DNA of 64,000 nt, taken from contig NEEC01000023.1 of the NCBI GenBank assembly GCA_002189035.1, forward strand, positions 868,001 through 932,000, written 5' to 3'. A program made the translations under genes and the position numbers. Shown piece after piece: positions 34,715 through 47,585 of the stretch. The notes under the pieces were generated by a model. The model worked only from the letters and a program-made list of their open reading frames with translations. It was not told where the DNA came from and did not search any database. Position 1 is the first letter of the stretch; the number at the start of each line of letters is the position of its first letter. The stretch comes from Utricularia gibba (taxonomy: Eukaryota > Plantae > Magnoliophyta).

Positions 34715-36058
34715 TGGGCACAAATCAGAGATAAGGATCTTTTCTTCTTCCTCTACACGAATCCAAGCAGAGAATGGAAGCGAACTGAAGGATGTGGAGT
34801 CGAATCGACCGAGAGAGAGGTGTGAACTTCGAATTGAAAAAGTAGCCGTTACATAGAGAGAGAGAGAGCATTTGTAAGAAGGAGAGAATTTGACCGTTGA
34901 GTGCTTGCTCGTGTTTTTAGATTTAAAAACCAGGCTTTTATAGTTCCTGTGTGTTCCTGTACCGCAGACCTCTCTCGGAAAGGCAAAGTAACCAACGGGT
35001 TTTTGTATCAGTTATTTGTAGCGATCATGTGTCTTACGAATTTCACCTACCGTAGAAGAAGAGAAGAGTGGCCCTTCTGATGGTGCGACACCGCCAACGA
35101 ACCTAACGGCGGCCATCCAACAGGTAGGATGCTGAGCAGAAGCGAGACCGATCCTGAGGCTGCCAACGCCGGCCATGTTATGCTTGGACTGAATCATGCA
35201 TGATTTTGGAGGATTCATTTCATCATGATTCATAGCCGTTTACATATTCCTCTGAGTCTGGGCAACAACACTAGTCCTCGTTTTCATCTGCAACCACCGC
35301 GCCAGTTGGGTCGGGGTCACAATTCCCGGAACCTGAGTAAGCTCGCCGGCTTCGCCTTCGATTTTGACTTCGACTTCACAGGCAATCAGCGACCCCGTGG
35401 TGAAATACTCATATGCCAGGTACCCGGCTAGGAGCCGGTTCGAGGACGGCGAGCATAATACGCCCGCGCCTCCACGGCAACGGACGCTTGTGACATCCCC
35501 TCCCGTTTACGCGAGGCCCTGCGCGTTCTCGTGGCCGTGGGATTCTGGTGTTTCCACACCTCCATGCCACCTCAGACGAGAGGGGAGACGGAAGTTGGGT
35601 ACAAACTTCCGTGCGGATGCACCAACGACGTGTACGAAGAAGACCTGGTGCTCGTATTTTGGGTGTTGTAGATCAATGATTCGTTTAACACTTGTGTTGT
35701 ACTTGTGATAGTGAAATTTCATATTTGCTTAGAAGTTTTCAAGGTTATCAACGATTATGGATTTTACCCGATAAATTCTTCCATTGCATATCTTATTAAC
35801 ACGTTTTGAGCATCACGTCAGCCACTAGGGTGTAAGTTAGTTGATTTGGGTCTTCTTCATCTCCATATTTCCAACAACAACAACAGGAGTAGTCATTCCT
35901 CAACATTCAAGGTTTCCCCTGTCTTATTAGGAGTAGATTTTATACAGAAGCTGGTTCGATGCACGCAGGGTGGAAGTTGTGTATAAACGCGCATACACCA
36001 TACACAAACAACACTGTCACTATTCAGGATCACTTTAGCAATATCATGAACTGAGATC

Positions 36059-37239
36059 CTAGTTCGTCAGCTTAGACAACAGCGCACCAGCTCTCGAGTC
36101 GTGGCGCTGGGATAGAAGAGGCTGCTGCTGCTGCTGGTTATGGCTCTCAAAGTACAGTGAGGGGGACTGCGAGGAAGCCATGAATCTGTTGTCCAAATTA
36201 CCATACGGCACTTGGCCAGCTGCAGCCTTTAGTCGTTGTACTTCGCTCCTCAGTGCTTCATTCAGAGCTAAAACTCACACGGGAAATTAAAGTCAATGTC
36301 AAAAACTACTCTGTTTCAGTAATGTAACATATCACAAGGTTTTGCAAATACCATCCCTGAGGTGCGCTTGCTGCTCAAGAGCCTGTAACTTGAGTTTGAG
36401 CTCCTTGTTCTCTGCTGTCAGTCCATTAGTATCCCGCTGAAGCAGCAATAAAGACGCACCGATGATAACTAGCTTTCTTACAATCAGCCAAAGAGTAAAC
36501 AAATCACTGAACCAAGGAAGCGAACGACTAAAACTGAAAGGTATATCAAACTGGAACTGGAATCAAGGATAGCAGCAGAAAAGGCCTAATTTTTTTGGGG
36601 GTGTTCACTGGTGGTAAGTTAGTAAAGAACACCTGCAAGAGAGTGATCTGAGCCGTCAATCTGGTAGCTTCAGCCTGAAGAGTGTGCACTTTCCTCTCCA
36701 GCTCACCAGTGTAACGAAGTTTCCGCTCTTTTGATCGCGCAGCAGATTGCCTATTTGCAAGAATTCTGGCGAATAGAGGAATAATGAAAGAATTGCGATT
36801 TCCTTTCAAGGAGCAGCAGTAAGGTGCTGGGGTGCATCAAAACCTACCGTTTGGCTTTCTTGGGATCGACTAAGGCGAGTTCAGCCAATCTGTCGGCTGG
36901 CATGGCCTTGTTACTCAGAGAATCCCCTTCAAAAAAGGTATATCCGTCCATGGAATTGGTATGCCTGTGCCTGGGCCGTGCAGGAGCGTCGGCGGCGGTG
37001 TCCCGAGACGGTGTTCCGAGCGTCGGTGGAGGCGGCCAATCAATGACCGGGAGATCATCGAGAAGCAAGTCGTCAAGGCGGTCAGGGAAGCGAAAGGAAG
37101 ACTCGGAATGGGCTCGGCGGTGTTGCGAGCGGCGCGTGGGAGAATGATGGGGCATCTGCTCTTGCTCCTGCTCCTGCTCCTGCTCCAGATCCAGCACCAG
37201 CTCCAACTCCAACTCCAACTCTGCCATTAAAGATTGCAT
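36059..37239 (-). CDS. Group I bZIP transcription factor (VIP1/RF2-like)
   Basis: Four exons. HRRAHSE and HRHTNSMDG motifs, [32 protein letters not shown] basic region, zipper, and [22 protein letters not shown]. The start codon is uncertain (37239, 37227 or 37155). Confidence 0.9.
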
Positions 37240-38036
37240 TTTTGGTGGGATGGGATGGTGTTTCAGCTTTGAAGCGAGGAGTGGAATGATTAAGCGATGA
37301 GTTGGTGTGGCATGTCTTGCAGCCCGCAGTGCAGGGCAGGGCAAGTACTGGACTCCACGTATGAGGAATAATAATGATTACCATCAAGATGGAAAGCTAT
37401 GGAAAGAAAAGAAAGGATCTCCTCCCCTGGGCGGAGGCCTATCTTTCTGCTTGTGACTCACTCCCCTCCCGGTCAACCAAACCAAAATCTTCTCCCCTTC
37501 CATCACCGATGGGCTAGGAAGGACGGCCGGCCGGCACCGCCCCCACCTCCGACGGGGTAGGCCCCTGCCCCTTGACTAACCAGTCTTCCTGTGCGTATTT
37601 ATTATTATTTTATGCCATGGACCAACAATGAATCTAATTCTTGATTTCCTTCAAATGTTAAAAACATTTGCATTTCATTTCGGAAACATTTCACCTTTAT
37701 TTAGGGGAGAATCTACCCCTCTTCCTCACTCTCTCGAGAACATTCGGCGCGTTGTCCGCCGCACGCCGCTGCTGCCTCACTAACTTTTTCTCATCCAGCA
37801 GTTGCGAGCTGGAGTCTGAGTCTTGGTCATTAAGATCTCGCGATTGCTGGCGGTTTGGTTGCTGCTTCAAGTAATTTCGTTTTCTTCCTTTTGTGTTACT
37901 GGGAGTATGAACAGATTCGTGTGGGTTGTAGTCTAGAGCAAAACTTGAATCTCCATCTCTTATTCTCTTCCTGAAACAGGCGTATTCACTTTTTTTTGTG
38001 GAATTAATTTCTTACCTCTACAGAATCTGAATCGAG

Positions 38037-39540
<1,504 letters not shown>

Positions 39541-39895
39541 AAAGGGTATCGTCATGTCCAACTGTTTGTTGTGAATCTGGCGCACTGCAATTGATTGGCT
39601 GACCTATTAGTATTTTATTTTTTTCAGGCGTATTGTTGCTGGATAGCCGGAGCGCGTGTTGATGCATCATCATTGTGTAATATGAGTTGGCTTGCTGCGT
39701 ATTCGCACGATGAGGAAAGTGCCTTCAGTTTCATTCTCTGTCTGAGGTGTGATGGATGGCGCGGTGCTTTTCTGTGCTTTGAAAACTTAAATATTGGTGT
39801 AGCGTCTTTGTCACTACTCATTCAATCTGTTTGTTGATGCTGCTGCTCTGTTGGTCTACTCGGCCCAGGGAGTTAATTAAAATGTGTAGTAAGTA

Positions 39896-39943
<48 letters not shown>
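39896..39943. repeat. (CCGAGA)n hexanucleotide microsatellite, about 8 units
   Basis: Direct reading of the sequence. Confidence 0.9.
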
Positions 39944-39944
<1 letters not shown>

Positions 39945-40520
39945 TAGACCTAGCCGTGCATCTGGAAACTGAACCACAGCCCACAGAAACGAGACGCCAG
40001 TCAGTAAATTACCTCGTCCGTAGGGTTCGGCGGCTAATCCTGGAAATCCTAGTATGTATCAAATTAGCTTTGGTCGATGCATAGGCGGCTGGGAATGATG
40101 CTCGTTTTCCAATCAAATGGTGCCTGCAGTTTGGAGCCAGGGGATTCAAGGTGGAGGTGGACCTCCAAGTCCAAGTGGGGGACATTTAATGGAGACAGGG
40201 CGGCGATGGAGGGGAGGGGAGGGCAGCCACAGCCAATTATTTGTATTTAGATGGGGATGGGGGTTATGACAAGCAACCTGAAAGCCAAAACCCCAGCGAT
40301 GAAACGAAACCAACGTCTTTGTTTGGTTGTGTGTGGTTTACTTTTCCCTGTCTCATTCCTTCCCAACTCATGTTTCCCAGTACGCATTTCGATGTCGTGT
40401 CTACAACACCCCCCATTTGCTTCTGCTTATCCTTTCTTTTTCGAGTGCATAACACAAGGAGCTTCCTCGTAATTCTAAGGACTAAACTTGTCCTCAAAAC
40501 CAGCTTATCTTTTCTTTGTA

Positions 40521-43251
40521 ATGGCCGGGGATGGAGAGCAGCAGTCTTTCGAGTGTTTCTTTGAGAGCTCTGACGAGGATGACGTCAACAACTCTAAGAC
40601 GTTTGAGGGCTTTGGCGCTGGAACTGCAACTCGAAGCATTGATGAAGACCATGCTACTGCTGCTGCTGCTGAAGATGATAATGATAGGGGGAGGAAGAGG
40701 AAGAGGAGGAGGAGGAGGAACACGATAAACCACCCTCATTCACTTCACGCCAATGGCCTCAAAGTTACAAGCACGTCCCCTGCCCACACTTTTCACTTCG
40801 CTTTCTAAATCTAAGCGAACAATTGTTTTTTTTTTTATTATTTTGACCTCCGCGTTGTAATCTTGAAACAGGGAGACTACGGATTCATACACAATTTCAG
40901 TATCCCCAGCCTTTGGGATCTTGAGACATCGTCTTAGCTATGGATACTCTTTTTCTGAAATTGCCAAAGATGATACTGATCCAAAAGCAAGCTTTCTCTC
41001 AAAACAAAGTTATGATGTCGAAAAGAACGCTTCCACCAGTATCTTGCTATCCTGGTCCGAAAAAGCTTCAATGCATGAACAGCTACTTGGTGCTCCTGAA
41101 CCTCCAATTGCTCGTGGATGTAGCTTTTTCCAGACAGTATTCAATGGTACGTATGTCGTCCTTCAAAAAATAGAATTATTACTAACATTCATTCGTGGAT
41201 GTAGCTTCTTCAACTAGTATCTTTGAAGTTGGAAAATGATGAATTTTTTTGCAGCTGTGAATGTTATGGCTGGTGTTGGGTTGCTTTCTACGCCAGTTAC
41301 AATAAAAGAAGCAGGCTGGTGTAGCTTGGCAATTTTATTACTCTTTGCAGTCATCTGTTTTTACACTGGTTTCCTCATGAAACAATGCTTTGAGAGCAGG
41401 GAAGGCATCATTACCTATCCTGATATTGGGGAAGCCGCCTTTGGGAAGTATGGACGACTTTTAATATCGGTAATATGCATTCCTCGCATGCCTCACAAGT
41501 TTTCCCTTTTGTATCTCTACTATTATTTATGGTAAAGATGTAAGCTAAATGAGTTGACCAATAGTCTCTGGATGTTTTTGCAGATTATTCTTTATGCTGA
41601 ATTATATGTAAGTCGATCAACTGCCCTGTGTCCAAATTCATCAGTAACTTCAAAAATTGTGCTCCTAATGTTGTTCTTTCTAGTGCAGTCCTATTGTGTG
41701 GAGTTCATAATCTTGGAAGGAGATAATCTTACATCGTTATTCCCCATTCAGGGGTTTGGTTGGGCAGGACTTAAGCTTGATTCCGTCCATTTTTATAGTA
41801 TTATTACTGCAATTGTAGTCCTCCCAACCGTTCTACTGAGGGATCTTCGGGTTATATCTTATCTTTCAGGTGCTAAAATTGTGTCTTCGTTAACTTCCGT
41901 TTCATTGTCAGATTGCCTGATTTTTTTTTCTTTTTTATCTCATGTTCTGTTTTCCAGCCGGTGGAGTTGTTGCAACTCTAGTTATTATTGTTTGCTTAGT
42001 GTTACTGTCGACAGTAGATGGTGTTGGTTTGAATCAGGCTGGACAGCTTGTCAGATGGAACGGTATTCCATTCGCTATTGGTGTATATGGATTCTGTTTT
42101 TCGGGACATGCTGTATTTCCGAACATTTATCAGTCAATGGCTGATAAAACACAGTTCACCAAAGCACTGTTCTTGTGGTAATATGGTCTTTTGTCCTGAG
42201 CTGTGTATCATCACCAAACGAAAATTTCCTCGTTTCATCTGATTATTCTGATTTTTCAATGCAGCTTCATTTTGTGCTTTCTTATGTATGGAGGCGTTGC
42301 AGTAATTGGGTTTCTCATGTTTGGACAAAACACTCTGTCTCAGATCACTCTCAACATGCCAGCCAATTCTGTTGTTTCTAAAGTAGCAGTGTGGACAACC
42401 GTAATATGCAGTACTTGTTCTGTTTCTCTGTAATTTCTTCATTGGTCAATCCAGATGCAAATGCTTTCTTTTTTGTTCATGCAGGTCATTAATCCGTTCA
42501 CCAAATATCCTTTTGATTCCAACATTTTGAGCTTTTCTTGATTCCTTTTTTTTTTTATCCCTTTGCTTCCTTAATTCTACGCACATATGCTTTACTCATG
42601 AACCCACTAGCAAGGAGCATAGAGGAGCTCGTGCCCCCACGATTTCCTCTAGTTTCTGGTTTTATTTACTTCTGAGATTGATGCTTGTGGCCTCTACCGT
42701 CTGCATTGCATTTGTTTTACCTTTCTTTGGTACTTATATTTCAGAAGTTTCTTCGTCTAAATCATTGAAATTATGCTTAGTTTCATGATGATGAGTTGAA
42801 CGTGGCATAACAAGCATTTTTGTATGTGCTTTCTCTTGTTGTCAGGTCTTGTGATGGCTTTGATTGGCTCGTTTCTCAGTATACTTGTGGTAATCCCATT
42901 TATAAAAACTCAGGCTTATGAAATTTCATGTGAAGTTCATGAAATGAGCTTCCTTGATGCATCAGCATGTGTGGCGCATCTGGAGTATCATCTGCTGATG
43001 GGATTTCAAAAACACTGTTTGTCTTTTCAGGCAGTTATAATGCCAGCATTGTGTTTCTTGAAGATCGCGGGAAAGAAAGCGATGAGAAGTCAGGTACCAT
43101 TTTTTTCATATCTCCATAATTAAGAGAACATATACTAATGAGCTTCCTGATCATCCAGGTAATCATTAGCAACACAATAGTCGCGGTGGGAATTGTGAGT
43201 GCGGGTTTCGGGACGTATTCATCTCTGTCAAAACTTGCTAATGAGCAGTGA
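40521..43251 (+). CDS. AVT1: AVT1-family vacuolar amino acid transporter, two apparent frameshifts
   Basis: [89 protein letters not shown] intron 40771-40871; U12 AT-AC intron 42505-42584; 1-nt deletions at G5 40687-40691 and C5 42634-42638. Confidence 0.92.
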
Positions 43252-44016
43252 AGACCCCCACTCTGGGAGGGAGCAAGCAACACATGGTCCGCTGCCGCCA
43301 TGATGAGTTTCTTTGATTTGCATTGCTTGTTTATTCATCACCTATCAGTCAGTCAACTAGGGTGTCCTGCTTTCCCGATCGACTTCCTATAGACACTCGG
43401 ACAGAGATCGCCTCTTTCATCATCTGTGATCAATTTCTTTGGTTTCTGGTTTGATGGCTTCTCCCTTCATTTCAATAAAGATGATTCATGCACGTGGAGG
43501 AGATCCATCACTGTGATGGACCTTTTTTTTGTTGTTAAAAACAGTGGCATAAACACAGAAATCGAATTTTCTAGGCTCTTGTTAACCGGCTTATTCCAAC
43601 TCTACTGTTATATTCTTGCTTTCGTTAAATTCTCAAAACTATGCCCGCGATTGCTGTAAGCCATGGCTTCCCTTGTCTGCCACCGGCTGGGGCTCCTCCC
43701 AATGCTCAGTTGGTCCGGAAGGCAAATCTGAGTCTGCTGGACTGGTCTACACAAGTGAAATGCAACTGGAAAGAGTTGCTTTTGATAAGAGCCACTACAA
43801 ATGCAAATGGATGACCGATTATGGTTTTCTTATTTGCTGAACTTGTGCAAAAAATGGTCACGGCATTCTCACCCACACATAATGCTTGCTCTGATTTGCT
43901 TCAAGTAGACCACTGATTTGCTTACTTTCCAGATGATACTTCGCTGTCTTTCCGAGGTCACATCAATAATTTCAATCCCAGTTGCTGAGTTTGTTTGAAT
44001 CACAGGCCGAGACTTT

Positions 44017-45417
44017 CTACAAATTATCATGTTCTATAACTTGGGCTCCTCTCCATTCTTCACCAGGATTCACAGATTTTGGTACGAGCAACGCTGCAGG
44101 GCCTGCGCATATGAAATAGTCCTTGCCATACTGCTCTGCGTATGATCCTGGGGCTGACAAGAACATCTCCTCAAACCCCATTCTTATGACACGGAAGAAA
44201 AGTTCACGTCCCTGAACAAATGATGGATCATCAACACGAAGCAACATTGAAGCAGCTAGACACAGGGATGTTCATTAGTCATTTATACCTGATCCAACGT
44301 TTCAAACTTGGACGGTGTTGTCCTATGATACTCCTTTGATCTCTCTTCCGGTGGTGCAGCATAAAGTCTACTGAGTTTATGCCTCAAAACGGTGATAGGA
44401 GCATCTTGTACACTCCACTCACCTGGCTTTTTTTCAGGCTCCCAACCAAAAGAGAAGAGGCCCGGATCCTCAGATTTCATGGCTTCTGATGGAGATAGAA
44501 ATTCAAAAGAGGAAGAGGGAGGAGGATGCACACAATAGGAGCATCCATTGAATCCTTGAATTCCAGCACCGCTTCTTTTCTTGAACTTGAAATGACTAAG
44601 TATGGCGCTGGTTATATTTACGGGCTTGCTTCCATTGTTCTTCACGACGACCGCTGTGGCCATACACAAGGGATATAGTGAGACGACATAAGTTAGCTCC
44701 AAATCCCCTTCGGTGCAACCCATCTCAACCTAAAGAAACAGTATCATGGTAGCTATTTCACACAAAATTCAGGGGAAACATATAAGCAGCTACAACATAC
44801 ATGCAAGTCATACAAAAAGAATGACACCATCTGAAGTGCCTTTATTAAATAAAGGAAGGATGCACATGCATCAGTTGCTTACAGACAAACCACAGTAAAG
44901 TAAGATCAACAGCATCCTAGCAAGGTCATCCCATCATAGGGTGTATAGAGTGTAGACAGTGTTTACCCTAAAGCTATCCTTGTCGCAGAGAATCTACCTG
45001 AAGCGCATCGATCGAATCAGAATCAGTGTCCCTCACACTCCAGTTCCTCTGACTAGAAGCCTTGTTCTTGGAGAGAGCCCTTGGTTCCGGAATTTCATCT
45101 AGTACCAAGCCAATACCTCCTCTGGAACCAAGACAATGAAGAACCTCCTCGAACCCATCATCCCTCCAGTACACCTTGGGCTTGTAAGACGTGACACGGC
45201 CGGTGGGTATATGGAGCTTTAGTGAACTTCCATTTCTGACGGTCAGTTCAACCGTCGCGGAATCGCTGAATTTAATGCCTTTCCGCCCGAACTGCTGCTC
45301 TAGAGTGGTGTGATCTGGAGAAGTGACGGCGGGGATGGTTGGGATTGAAGCAGAAGAAGAAGAAGAAACTCTGGGTGCCGAAGCTTTCAGGATAGAGAAG
45401 GAGAGGACAGAAGCCAT
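44017..45417 (-). CDS. PnsB2: Photosynthetic NDH subcomplex B subunit 2 (NDF2), chloroplast
   Basis: Three exons. Transit peptide, [34 protein letters not shown] and C-terminal [12 protein letters not shown]. Confidence 0.93.
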
Positions 45418-45776
45418 TGATCTCGGATTCCGGGTGCGGAAGCCTTCAGGATATATATTTAACGGCCGTATCCTTGCTGCAAATTTCGTTACCATCTTTT
45501 TACAAAAATAAATAAATCCTGGAATCGGAGAAAAACGTATTTTATTTAATTTTTTACTGCTTTGAGAGGCACCCCACCCCGCACCTCATCAATCATACTT
45601 TCGCATTCAAGTCGAGTGATGAATATGCATCGGCTACCATAAAACCAAACAGTTGCACACTGTCTGAGACACGCTGGCTTCCTCCATCATTCGATACCAC
45701 ATGTTTTAGGGCCTTCAGGATCACAGTTTCATAAACAAACCGTGACACAAAAATCATGCTTCAGAATGCACCGAGC

Positions 45777-47161
45777 TTAGGAACTCATGACAGAGCCGGA
45801 ATTCCTGCGACACTCGGCCAACATATCCATGTAGAACTGACACCTGCTGATTTCGTTGCCATAGCTGTTCAAGCACTGCAAAGAAATCGCAATAGTGTCA
45901 ACTTATCATTGAGTAATGCTTAATCAACCGCAGCGACACTTAATTTCCTATTAATCTCCACTGCAACAGCCATATCTGACTCTACTGCTGTCCTGCCGCT
46001 AGGGGGTCAGCTTCAACCATCAAAAGTGATAAAATTGTCGTACAAAAAGGTCATAGAGAGCTTACGTCCTGAAAAGCCTTTGAATGCACCATGCAGGCAT
46101 CACTTCCCATGCTTCCAGCACCTGGTGACTGAACTCCAGTGGCTTCAGACACCACTGTCTCGTGTTGAATGGTTCGAGGGCCCATAACCGCATCCACTGC
46201 CCGGTGCGCAACAGCACTACCAGTGCCAAAAGCCATCCCTAAAGAATGCATAGAGGTCCAGCAGTTAGAATGCATAACATAACCCAACTCTGATCACAAT
46301 TACTTGTAACATAAAATCCATCGTGTAGTTTCCAGATATAACATCCGATCTAAACTTCACATACCTTGAGCTATGGTTGCACGGATTCCTCCAAGCAATG
46401 ACCCACCAGAACCACTTTGAACGGGAGCTGGCGGAGGAGCATGATTCACTACACGCATGAAAAGATAGGACGTGAGAAGGAATGAAGCATCTTCATACTG
46501 ATCGGTTAGAAATGTGACAAAAGATGCAAAGTCTGCCGCTATTCCACCCTGTAAATATCAAGGCAGTGTTAAACAAATGAAAAATCTGAACCTGGATGAG
46601 GTGGCGGGCTACGGACAGCAGCAGGACGAGGGGCATGGCTCGCAGACCTTCCTAAACTCCAATCCAACACAATTTTCATAAATTAATAAAGGACAGCAAT
46701 CGTATCCAAGGTGCTCACAAAACTAGCAAAAGCCAGGTTTTCCATACATTTTCGCTTTCTGTGCAAATGAATGCTTTTTTTTTTTTTTTCTATCTCCTTG
46801 ATAAACCTTAGCTTCCGAGGCATTTGAGCTTTGAGAAGGATTTTAAGTTATAGCCGAGCCAAGAAAAAAAAAAGTGCATAAACCCAGTTCCAAGGAAACA
46901 TTTATGAAGGCCTCATCAAATCAATTTCACAAAACCATATGCACATATTGGTTGCGAATTCGAGAAAATTATTCACTAATCGTGACCCCGTTTAAGAAAA
47001 AACGAATCCAAAAACATCATCGTGCAAAAGTTTTCCCTTTTTTTCGCTGCAATACTTCAGAGGGAAATTCGAATTGCATTTCTCAGCCGCCTGATAGAAA
47101 CACCACAAATTCAATGAACGCGGGGACGGAGCAACTCACCACCAGAGCTACGGCGAGGCAT
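45777..47161 (-). CDS. Mitochondrial CHCH (twin CX9C) protein, CHCHD2/Mic17-like
   Basis: Five exons starting MPRRSSGG (47140-47161). GATIAQGMAFGTGSAVAHRAVDAVMGPR-type motif and CMVHSKAFQDC...CQFYMDMLAEC. Confidence 0.9.
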
Positions 47162-47585
47162 TGTTGGGTTAGAGAATCGGCACACAGCAACAAATGAACC
47201 GGTGAGGAGGATCTACGGGATCCGTGGCTGCTTTTGAAATCGTCAATGGGAAGCAGAAGCCCCAACCATCAGGGGACACGATTGGACCGGGCCTCTGTTG
47301 TATGTTAATTTTAGGAAAAAGGTGAGCAGGCCCATGTGGCGCTACATGTTGGCCCAGTAAGGATTGGAGCTTCGTAATCGAATTACAACGCGAGGCTGCG
47401 ATGGCATCGATCAATCAATCAGTTCAAAAAGGGATACAACAGAGCAAAATCTACTGCATTAACTACAACTAGATCTTCCAACCCAAGCTTGCTTGCGCCT
47501 ATGACGAAGGAGACTCATTGGCCCTCTCGGGTCGGGTCTCCATGAATCTGAATTCATTGCTTCACCTGCTGTGGCCGGCCACGAT

